Below are positions 51,516 through 61,746 of a DNA stretch of 64,000 nt, piece after piece. Within the stretch, counting starts at the first letter, position 1; every line of letters begins with the position of its first letter. The DNA is from Macrostomum lignano (taxonomy: Eukaryota), in contig NIVC01001673.1 of the NCBI GenBank assembly GCA_002269645.1, forward strand, positions 186,001-250,000, in the 5' to 3' direction. The translations under genes were made by a program, and so were the position numbers. The notes below the pieces were generated by a model. The model made no database searches, was not told the origin of the DNA, and saw only the letters and a list, made by a program, of their open reading frames with translations.

Positions 51516-54500
51516 TTAAGCGACCAGCACGCAGGAGCCGCCGACCTTCTTGATCTTCTCCTCGGCCTTCTTGCTGAAGAATTTCGCCTTCACGATGACC
51601 GGCACCTTCGGCATGTTGCCCTTGCCCAGCACCTTGAAGAAGCCCTGCGGGTGAGCACAAAATACAATAGGATACAGCGATTGTTGCGTGTCATTCCATG
51701 GTGTGAAACAGTTTTGAGGGCCGATCCCATGGTGTGGGGCAGTTTGAAGGCAGATTCCATGGTGTGGGACAGTTTGAAGGCAGATTCCATGGTGTGAAAC
51801 AGTTTTGAGGGCCGATCCCATGGTGTGGGACAGTTTGAAGGCAGATTCCATGGTGTGGGACAGTTTGAAGGCAGATTCCATGGTGTGGGACAGTTTGAAG
51901 GCAGATTCCATGGTGTGGGGCAGTTTGAAGGCAGATCCCATGGTGTGGGACAGTTTGAAGGCAGATTCCATGGTGTGGGACAGTTTGAAGGCAGATTCCA
52001 TGGTGTGGGACAGTTTGAAGGCAGATTCCATGGTGTGGGACAGTTTTGAGGGCCGATCCCATGGTGTGGGACAGTTTGAAGGCAGATTCCATGGTGTGGG
52101 ACAGTTTGAAGGCAGATTCCATGGTGTGGGACAGTTTGAAGGCAGATTCCATGGTGTGGGACAGTTTGAAGGCAGATTCCATGGTGTGGGACAGTTTTGA
52201 GGGCCGATCCCATGGTGTGGGACAGTTTGAAGGCAGATTCCATGGTGTGGGACAGTTTGAAGGCAGATTCCATGGTGTGAAACAGTTTTGAGGGCCGATC
52301 CCATGGTGTGGGACAGTTTGAAGGCAGATTCCATGGTGTGGGACAGTTTGAAGGCAGATTCCATGGTGTGAAACAGTTTTGAGGGCCGATCCCATGGTGT
52401 GGGACAGTTTGAAGGCAGATTCCATGGTGTGGGACAGTTTGAAGGCAGATTCCATGGTGTGAAACAGTTTTGAGGGCCGATCCCATGGTGTGGGACAGTT
52501 TGAAGGCAGATTCCATGGTGTGGGACAGTTTGAAGGCAGATTCCATGGTGTGGGACAGTTTGAAGGCAGATCCCATGGTGTGGGACAGTTTTGAGGGCCG
52601 ATCCCATGGTGTGGGACAGTTTGAAGGCAGATTCCATGGTGTGGGACAGTTTGAAGGCAGATTCCATGGTGTGGGACAGTTTGAAGGCAGATTCCATGGT
52701 GTGGGACAGTTTTGAGGGCCGATCCCATGGTGTGGGACAGTTTGAAGGCAGATTCCATGGTGTGGGACAGTTTGAAGGCAGATTCCATGGTGTGGGGCAG
52801 TTTGAAGGCAGATTCCATGGTGTGGGACAGTTTGAAGGCAGATTCCATGGTGTGAAACAGTTTTGAGGGCCGATCCCATGGTGTGGGACAGTTTTGAGGG
52901 CCGATCCCATGGTGTGGGACAGTTTGAAGGCAGATTCCATGGTGTGGGACAGTTTGAAGGCAGATTCCATGGTGTGGGACAGTTTGAAGGCAGATTCCAT
53001 GGTGTGGGACAGTTTGAAGGCAGATTCCATGGTGTGGGACAGTTTGAAGGCAGATTCCATGGTGTGGGACAGTTTTGAGGGCCGATCCCATGGTGTGGGA
53101 CAGTTTGAAGGCAGATTCCATGGTGTGGGACAGTTTTGAGGGCCGATCCCATGGTGTGGGACAGTTTGAAGGCAGATCCCATGGTGTGGGACAGTTTGAA
53201 GGCAGATTCCATGGTGTGGGGCAGTTTGAAGGCAGATTCCATGGTGTGGGACAGTTTGAAGGCAGATCCCATGGTGTGGGACAGTTTGAAGGCAGATTCC
53301 ATGGTGTGGGGCAGTTTGAAGGCAGATTCCATGGTGTGAAACAGTTTTGAGGGCCGATCCCATGGTGTGGGACAGTTTGAAGGCAGATTCCATGGTGTGG
53401 GGCAGTTTGAAGGCAGATTCCATGGTGTGGGGCAGTTTGAAGGCAGATTCCATGGTGTGAAACAGTTTTGAGGGCCGATCCCATGGTGTGGGACAGTTTG
53501 AAGGCAGATTCCATGGTGTGGGGCAGTTTGAAGGCAGATTCCATGGTGTGGGGCAGTTTGAAGGCAGATTCCATGGTGTGGGGCAGTTCGAAGGCAGATT
53601 CCATGGTGTGAAACAGTTTTGAGGGCCGATCCCATGGTGTGGGACAGTTTGAAGGCAGATCCCATGGTGTGGGACAGTTTGAAGGCAGATCCCATGGTGT
53701 GGGACAGTTTGAAGGCAGATTCCATGGTGTGGGGCAGTTTGAAGGCAGATTCCATGGTGTGAAACAGTTTTGAGGGCCGATCCCATGGTGTGGGACAGTT
53801 TGAAGGCAGATTCCATGGTGTGGGGCAGTTTGAAGGCAGATTCCATGGTGTGGGGCAGTTTGAAGGCAGATTCCATGGTGTGAAACAGTTTTGAGGGCCG
53901 ATTCCATGGTGTGGGACAGTTTGAAGGCAGATCCCATGGTGTGGGACAGTTTGAAGGCAGATTCCATGGTGTGGGACAGTTTGAAGGCAGATTCCATGGT
54001 GTGGGGCAGTTTGAAGGCAGATTCCATGGTGTGAAACAGTTTTGAGGGCCGATTCCATGGTGTGGGACAGTTCGAAGGCAGATTCCATGGTGTGGGGCAG
54101 TTTGAAGGCAGATTCCATGGTGTGGGGCAGTTTGAAGGCAGATTCCATGGTGTGGGACAGTTTGAAGGCAGATCCCATGGTGTGGGACAGTTTGAAGGCA
54201 GATCCCATGGTGTGGGACAGTTTGAAGGCAGATTCCATGGTGTGGGGCAGTTTGAAGGCAGATTCCATGGTGTGAAACAGTTTTGAGGGCCGATCCCATG
54301 GTGTGGGACAGTTTGAAGGCAGATCCCATGGTGTGGGACAGTTTGAAGGCAGATTCCATGGTGTGGGGCAGTTTGAAGGCAGATTCCATGGTGTGGGACA
54401 GTTTGAAGGCAGATTCCATGGTGTGAAACAGTTTTGAGGGCCGATCCCATGGTGTGGGACAGTTCGAAGGCAGATTCCATGGTGTGGGGCAGTTTGAAGG

Positions 54501-55912
54501 CAGATTCCATGGTGTGGGACAGTTCGAAGGCAGATTCCATGGTGTGGGGCAGTTTGAAGGCAGATTCCATGGTGTGGGGCAGTTTGAAGGCAGATTCCAT
54601 GGTGTGGGACAGTTTGAAGGCAGATCCCATGGTGTGGGACAGTTTGAAGGCAGATTCCATGGTGTGGGGCAGTTTGAAGGCAGATTCCATGGTGTGAAAC
54701 AGTTTTGAGGGCCGATCCCATGGTGTGGGACAGTTTGAAGGCAGATCCCATGGTGTGGGACAGTTTGAAGGCAGATCCCATGGTGTGGGACAGTTTGAAG
54801 GCAGATTCCATGGTGTGGGACAGTTTGAAGGCAGATTCCATGGTGTGGGGCAGTTTGAAGGCAGATTCCATGGTGTGAAACAGTTTTGAGGGCCGATCCC
54901 ATGGTGTGGGACAGTTTGAAGGCAGATTCCATGGTGTGGGGCAGTTTGAAGGCAGATTCCATGGTGTGGGACAGTTTGAAGGCAGATTCCATGGTGTGGG
55001 GCAGTTTGAAGGCAGATTCCATGGTGTGGGGCAGTTTGAAGGCAGATTCCATGGTGTGAAACAGTTTTGAGGGCCGATCCCATGGTGTGGGACAGTTTGA
55101 AGGCAGATCCCATGGTGTGGGACAGTTTGAAGGCAGATCCCATGGTGTGGGACAGTTTGAAGGCAGATTCCATGGTGTGGGACAGTTTGAAGGCAGATTC
55201 CATGGTGTGGGGCAGTTTGAAGGCAGATTCCATGGTGTGAAACAGTTTTGAGGGCCGATCCCATGGTGTGGGACAGTTTGAAGGCAGATTCCATGGTGTG
55301 GGGCAGTTTGAAGGCAGATTCCATGGTGTGGGGCAGTTTGAAGGCAGATTCCATGGTGTGGGGCAGTTCGAAGGCAGATTCCATGGTGTGGGGCAGTTTG
55401 AAGGCAGATTCCATGGTGTGGGGCAGTTTGAAGGCAGATTCCATGGTGTGGGGCAGTTCGAAGGCAGATTCCATGGTGTGGGGCAGTTTGAAGGCAGATT
55501 CCATGGTGTGGGGCAGTTTGAAGGCAGATTCCATGAACTACTAGAGTTGGGTCCTAATCTATTAAATCGATCAAGATCCCGGACTTACGGCCTGAACGCA
55601 GTCAATAACGGGCACTTTGCCCTCCTTGTTTCCATCCTTATACTTGTCGTAGGTCTGCTGAGAGACCAGAGACCAGAGCTTGTCGGTGTTGACAGCCGGG
55701 CAGTAGTAGGGATTCCGCCTGAGATGGAAGTGGCGCATGCCAACCTTGCCGAAGTAGCCGGGGTGGTACTTGTCAAAGTTGGTGCGGTGGTGGTGGGCGC
55801 CGCCGGCGTTACCGCGGCCGCTGGGGTGCTTGCGGTGCTTGCCAATCCGGCCGTGGCCGTGCGACACGTGGCCGCGCAGCTTGCGGGTCTTTGTGGGCTT
55901 CAGCTTGGACAT
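51516..55912 (-). CDS. RPL27A: 60S ribosomal protein L27a (uL15), 150 aa; exons 55912-55589 and 51644-51516
   Basis: [53 protein letters not shown] and [42 protein letters not shown]. Phase-0 intron GTAAGT...CCGCAG of 3944 bp. Confidence 0.97.
51697..55535. repeat. Intronic satellite of 30-bp and 31-bp unit types, about 125 units
   Basis: Type A ccatggtgtgggacagtttgaaggcagatt interspersed with type B ccatggtgtgaaacagttttgagggccgatc. Confidence 0.98.
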
Positions 55913-56071
55913 GGCGGACCGGCCTGGAGCTGCAAATTCAGTTGGCGGTTTCCGAAATTAAAATTTGCCTTTTTTTGTTTAGATTCCTACTTGTAGTAGG
56001 CACGTGCGAACAAAAAAAGTTAAGGCCAAACAGAGTGATTGACTTGTCAACACAGCTTATTTTTAACCATA

Positions 56072-56497
56072 AGGATCTGAGGCTGGCCCAGCAACTGAGG
56101 ATCTGGGAGGCTGGCCCAGCAACTGAGGATCTGGGAGGCTGGCCCAGCAACTGAGGATCTGGGAGGCTGGCCCAGCAACTGAGGATCTGGGAGGCTGGTC
56201 CAGCAACTGAGGATCTGAGGCTAGCCCAGCAACTGAGGATCTGGGAGGCTGGCCCAGCATCTGGGGATCTGGTAGGCTGGCTGCCCAGCAACTGAGGATC
56301 TGGGAGGCTGGCCCAGCAACTGAGGATCTGGGAGGCTGGCCCAGCAACTGAGGATCTGAGGCTGGCCCAGCAACTGAGGATCTGAGGCTGGCCCAGCAAC
56401 TGAGGATCTGAGGGTTGCCCAGCAGTTGAGGATCTGAGGGTTGCCCAGCAGCTGAGGATTTAGGAGGGTGGTCCAAGAACTGAGGATCTGGGAGGGT
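56072..56497. repeat. ~28-bp minisatellite (gaggatctgggaggctggcccagcaact) between eIF2A and RPL27A, about 15 units
   Basis: Seen directly, with shorter variants. Confidence 0.95.
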
Positions 56498-56716
56498 CTT
56501 GGGACATCAGGTGTCGGTGGCTCAGCTTATTTCCTATTCATAAACAGTAAATACAAACAGAAGGAGCAAAAAGCACCAAATCTCACAATGCAATCTCACA
56601 AGAAACAAAACAAAAACGGGAACAAAAGTCCAAATTATATTTCCTTCTCTCAAGCGGCAGCAAACAGAAATAGGAGCAGTTATTATGAGTCGGAATCTCA
56701 GTCAGAACATCGGGGG

Positions 56717-59110
56717 TCACAGGTACAGCTCATCCAGCTTCTGCCGCAGCTCGTCCTCAGTTTTGAGCTTCTCCATCTGGTTGAGCTCCAGCTGCTTGCC
56801 GGCCGCCTGGTCAGCGCGCAGCTTGTCAATCTGCTGCAGCTTGCGCAGGATGGCCTTGGCCCGCTTGTCCTTCTCGGCGTCTCCCGTGGACTCGAAGCTG
56901 GCCAGCACTCCGCCACCGCCAGGCTGCTCGCCAGCCGCAGCGGCCTCGGGAGCGCCAGCGGTTGCGGCGGCCCGCTTGCGCTCTTTCTTGCGCTGGTTCT
57001 TCACGGCCGCCTTGCTGAGGCCGCCGGCCGCGCCGTCAGCCGCCGGCCGCTGATTGGACGGCAGCTCGTAGTTGTGCAGCTGCTGCTGCTGGCGCGGCTG
57101 GGCCTGCTGGCTGGCCGAGCCAGAGTCCCGGTTGCGCAGGTGCGGCGGCACGTACCTGCGGGCCCGGTCGGGGGATTGAGGAAATTGACAGAATCAGCTA
57201 CTACTGAAAAAGTAGCAAGGAAAGAATGCGAGCATCCTATTGTGTGACATTGCAAAACAGTGGCACTATTGCGATTCGCATGTAAACAGTATACGTGAAA
57301 CTCCAGGTCATGTGGCGGACTTTCTTAAGAGTCATTTCTTGAGTTTCCTATAATCTGGACTTGAACCTCCTAAGTTAATGTCTCATAAACATTTAATTTG
57401 GAACAAAACCATCACACATTTGAGCAGCTCTTCACTGGACAATGATAATCCTTCAGAATCAGAGACAAGCTGCTCACCGAGTCGCCTGGGTCTGCTGCGT
57501 GATGGCCTGGAACGACTTGCTGGTGTCATAGCGCAGCTTGGGCGGCTCGCAGGCGGGTTGGGGCCGCCAGGCCACCTCCAGCAGGCAGTCGAAGTCGCGC
57601 CTGGCCATCACCTTGCCCGAGTAGTGGTACACGGTCAGGCAGTTGTTCACCGCAGCCTGGGCGAAGTGGTGGCCGCAACAAAGTGCACGCCGTCCGAGCA
57701 CCACTGGAACTGCGTGGCGTCCGGCACGAGCAGCTTGGCCATGAGGCGCTTGTTGGCGAAGTCCCACAGCTCAACGTCGCCTTTGAGATTGCCGAAGCCG
57801 GCCAGGCACAGGATGTTGCCGAACGGATTAAAGTAGGTCACGTTGCGGGGCCCCGTGCCGAAGTCGAAGACGGGCTCGCAGCGCAGGTTGTACACGGTGG
57901 TCTTGGCGGGCATGGAGCCGGCGGTCACCACGAACTGGGTGCAGTCCGGGTGCCACTCCGTGTGGTAGATCGGGCCGGCCTTTTGCAGCGGCACGGCGCA
58001 GGACTCGCCCCGCACAGACAGGTAGTGCAGGCCCTGCTCACCGTAATAGGAGTCCTTCGACACCTCCGAGGCAGTCAGCAGCAGCAGGTCGGTGCCGCGC
58101 CGGTTCCACTGGAAGCTGACGCTCTCGGCTTTGTAGAGGGACTTGTTGGCCACGGGGGCGGTCGGGCTGAGGTCCGGGTAGCGGAACACCCGGACACTGT
58201 GCGGCTGGCCGCGGCTGCCCGGGATGAAGGCGGCCACGTGGCAGGCGTCCGAGCGGCCGGGGGACATGGAGTACGCGGCCAGGCCCGCGATGGACAGCCG
58301 GCAGCGCATGCTGGAAAAGTCTCGGTCCTGGAGTTTGAGCAGTAGTGGGATTCAAACTGATTGGGATTCAAACTGATTGGGATTCAAACTGATTGGAGCT
58401 CAAACTGAGGGGAACTCAAACTGATTGATTGCAACTCAAACTGATTGCAACTCAAACTGATTGGAACTCAAACTGATTGGGATTCAAACTGATTGGAACT
58501 CAAACTGATTGCAACTGAAACTGAGTAGGATTCAAGGCACTCAATTTCTGAGTTAATCAGAAGTCATCAAGCTACTTAAACTGAAGCTGACCGGAACTAG
58601 GAGCCACAGAATATGAATTAAAATGCTACACAATCAGAATCCACCCACAAAGGCGCACCTGATAACAGTGGACCTCCCCGGTGACGCCGCGAGCGCACAC
58701 AACGCTGTCCTCAGTCCAAGACGGTCGCCAAGTGTCGGCCTTCTTGTGCACAAATGACTTGAGCAATTTCCCAGTGCTAGAGTCGTACAGATTCATATTG
58801 GGCGAGCCCTGCGGATTGTCGCTGGTGACGGCGTACTGCTCCCACACGGCCAGCACCGTGCCGCAGGGCGAGAATGCCAGCTGGGCGGCCTTGGGGTGCG
58901 GCAGGTCAACAGTAGAGTTGGCGGCCAGACTGCGCACTTTCACACCTGCGCTGTTGCAGTGGGCAAAGAATTCGCCATTGGCGCTGTAAGCCAGGCAGCG
59001 GCAGGCGCCAGTGCCGTCACTGGCGAGGCTGCTCAGCGCGTCCTGGGCGCCTTGGCTGGCGCCATCGGATGGTACAAAGCGCTCAGTTTTCAGGCCGTGT
59101 TGAAAGCGAT
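56717..59110 (-). CDS. EIF2A: Eukaryotic translation initiation factor 2A; exons about 59110-58659, 58327-57478, 57155-56717; 5' end unresolved
   Basis: WD-type beta-propeller motifs (FSPCGTVLAVW, KSFVHKKADTWRPSWTEDSVVCAR, SYYGEQGLHYL, FGTGPRN...FNPFGNILCLAGFGNLKG, TSPRLR), YVPPHLRN and the C-terminal GKQLELNQMEKL. One missing G near 57650 (ctgcg[g]gtgaac), probably a sequencing error. Confidence 0.92.
58346..58525. repeat. 16-bp tandem repeat (ttcaaactgattggga) in an eIF2A intron next to the acceptor
   Basis: Seen directly, about 11 degenerate units. Confidence 0.9.
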
Positions 59111-59269
59111 CTGTTTGAATTTGGGAATCGATTGGAGGTTTAGAAACACTGAAGCAGTATGGATTAGCACTTGCTGTCTCTCTAAACCAACAAACATAAG
59201 GCATATGTAAATACCACAATTTACTACTTAAGAATTGTAGACCAAAATCGGAACAAATATCTGGCATTT

Positions 59270-61200
59270 AGAATGTTACTATTTTTCTATTTCCTTTCCT
59301 AATTAAAAAATTAAACTCCAAAATTAAAAACATTTTTACAATATTTTGTCTATTGACAAATACTTATGGCAAAAAATCAATAACCACAAAGACTTTTGTG
59401 CACGTTGACAATTAAACTTTTTTCCTTTTGTATGCCATGCATGCGGAGGTTTTAGAATGTACACCAGAAAATGATAGCATTCACTACATCTTCCAGAATA
59501 TAGTATTTGTATTAATATCAGTTTAATTAAGTTATTAATAATTTAATACTGAGCTATCAACATTTTAGATTTTATTTGAGACAAGATTCAAGACAATACA
59601 AGACAAGATATAATTCTAAAATTCATTTTTAGATTTTGTTGAGTCTGCTATTATATACCTTGTCACAAAACTAAAATAATACATATATAACCATGTTTGT
59701 TAATTGACTAAAACTGCCTAACATTAGCCAGAACTTGAATTTTTTAAAATTACCTTACTGATTATCATACATGCTAAAACATATGTTAGGTAATTTGCAT
59801 TTTGATCAAAAATTAGATTGCATGGCCAGTGTAAATCAAAAGGTTGCACATGTATATTAAGCATAATACAACAACAGATATATTTATAAAAAATTGTCTT
59901 TTTATTTCTCATCCCCCCATTTTTTTATGTAAATATTAAAAAAATTATTGAATCTTGTCTTGAAATTTTTCAAGAAACTTGAGAGATTTCTTGAAACAAG
60001 AAAAAATTGAGACCTTAACTCGAATCTTATCTCATTAAGATCTTATGATGCCTCTATTAATATTAATTTGTATAAATTTTATATACTAATAAATTATATT
60101 TAAGAAAAAATAAGGTCAATGATATAAAAAATCACTTATATATATTATTCCTAATCATTTTACTTTTATATTAAGGTCTAAAGCAAAAGGTCAAACAATT
60201 TATTATATTTAGAATAATAATAGAGCAAATGTTGATTTTTGCAAGTTTCTAAAACCAAATCCAAATTTAGATTCCAAATGTAAATCCAAATATCCAAATG
60301 TGTTTCCAAATGTAAGCAAAAAGTAAAAGGTAAATGGTGGGAGTAACTATAATATTTTGAAGTAACAATAATATCTTGTTATTTAATGAGTTATCTAAAA
60401 AAATAACTAGTCTACTCTTCAAATGAATTGCAAGAATTAAAATTTAATAAAGAGTAAATAGGTTTGAATTGAACTTAATCTTTATACAACTAATCTAGCT
60501 AATTCTAATTACTAATACCAACTAATGTTACATTTGTGCAATTTGAAAACTTTACTATAAGTAGGGACTCTAATGAGATTGTGGTGTGAATTAAAAATGC
60601 AAAATATGACCAAAACAGTGCTGTTTATAAATGCAAAAAAGTAATATAATATAGAATACAAATAATGAGTAAATACATTTTAAAAGAGCAATAAAAATGC
60701 TTTAAAATCTAGATTGATTGGATAAATTTGACAAAAGTTACATTGGAGTAAAGTTTCACAATTTTTGAGAGAATTTTGCAACTGTGACTGTCATAAAAAT
60801 AATGTTTCATATTTTAATTTTTCTAAGAAACAATACATTTTTATATAAAATCGTGATTTCAACTACATTCTACATATAAAAAGGCTATTTTAGGACCATT
60901 TTTTTCTTAAGTTTCAGATTCCACCAAAAGTCATATTTATTTACTTTGTTTCACTTTTTCAAATGGGCAATGTCAAAATCTGTGATCTGGCCATGGATTT
61001 TCTAATATAGAATTTATTGAAGAACATGATAGAATAAGTGCCATTTTCATAATAAGCTGCATTTTTCTGTGCTTAGAGCCTAGAGTACCTACTACATTAA
61101 CAAGTGAATAACAGTTTTAAGACATTTGCATCATTTTGAATGGCAAAAAAACAGAATACATGTCTATTTCTTCTTAATTGTACATAATTACAAAGTATTT
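59270..61200. other. Very AT-rich non-coding island
   Basis: Abrupt compositional shift (roughly 25% GC by eye, not computed) and no credible ORF. Confidence 0.8.
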
Positions 61201-61234
61201 AAGGATTTCAAGTGCTTTTCAGGTTCTGTAGGCC

Positions 61235-61622
61235 TGAGGATCGCCTGAGGAAAGCCAGGGATTGCAACTTCGAAGAAGGCGACAGTGTCCTGGTGCGCGA
61301 CTTTAATGGTCTGGAGAAGTGGGCGCCGGCCTCCGTGAGCCGCCAGACCGGGCCGCTGTCCTACAAGTGCCGCCTGCCCGATGAGTGCATTGTGCGGCGG
61401 CTTGCCAACCACCTGGTTCCGGCGACAATCTCACCTGAGCAAGCGGCAGGATCGGCTCAGTCAGGTGGGGCGGCGCCACAGCTTCTGACTCCGTCAGTGA
61501 CAACGTCTGAAGCGCCACCGCCCCCGCTGCCGCCACCGCCGGCGCCGCCGCTGCTGCCACCCCCGATGCTGCAGCATTTGGAGAGGACTACAAGGGCACC
61601 GGATCGACTGACCTACGAGTGA
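61235..61622 (+). mobile_element. Gypsy-type LTR retrotransposon integrase C-terminal remnant
   Basis: FEEGDSVLVRDFNGLEKWAPASVSRQTGPLSYKCRLPDECIVRRLANHL ... RTTRAPDRLTY matches the GPY/F-like tail of Gypsy pol. No LTR or upstream pol is seen. Confidence 0.75.
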
Positions 61623-61746
61623 ACTTGATCTGACAAAGACTGACAGTTTTTTTGGGTGTTGGGTTTTTCTTTTTTTTTGCAAGTTCTGTTGCTTTTGTCT
61701 TGCAAGTGCTTTCAAGATTTCAAGTGCTTTTCAGGTTCTGTAGGCC

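Noticed and set aside
51645-51700. snoRNA in the RPL27A intron
   Set aside because: No C/D or H/ACA box arrangement is visible in the short non-repeat intron ends.
51516-55534. Three ORFs of 1178-1314 aa and many short plus-strand ORFs
   Set aside because: They are translations of a stop-free satellite inside the RPL27A intron. Only the last 42 codons are real exon.
60960-61010. BIR-like PWPDH..HCPF peptide on the minus strand of the AT-rich island
   Set aside because: Interrupted by stops and with the wrong His/Cys spacing; probably chance.
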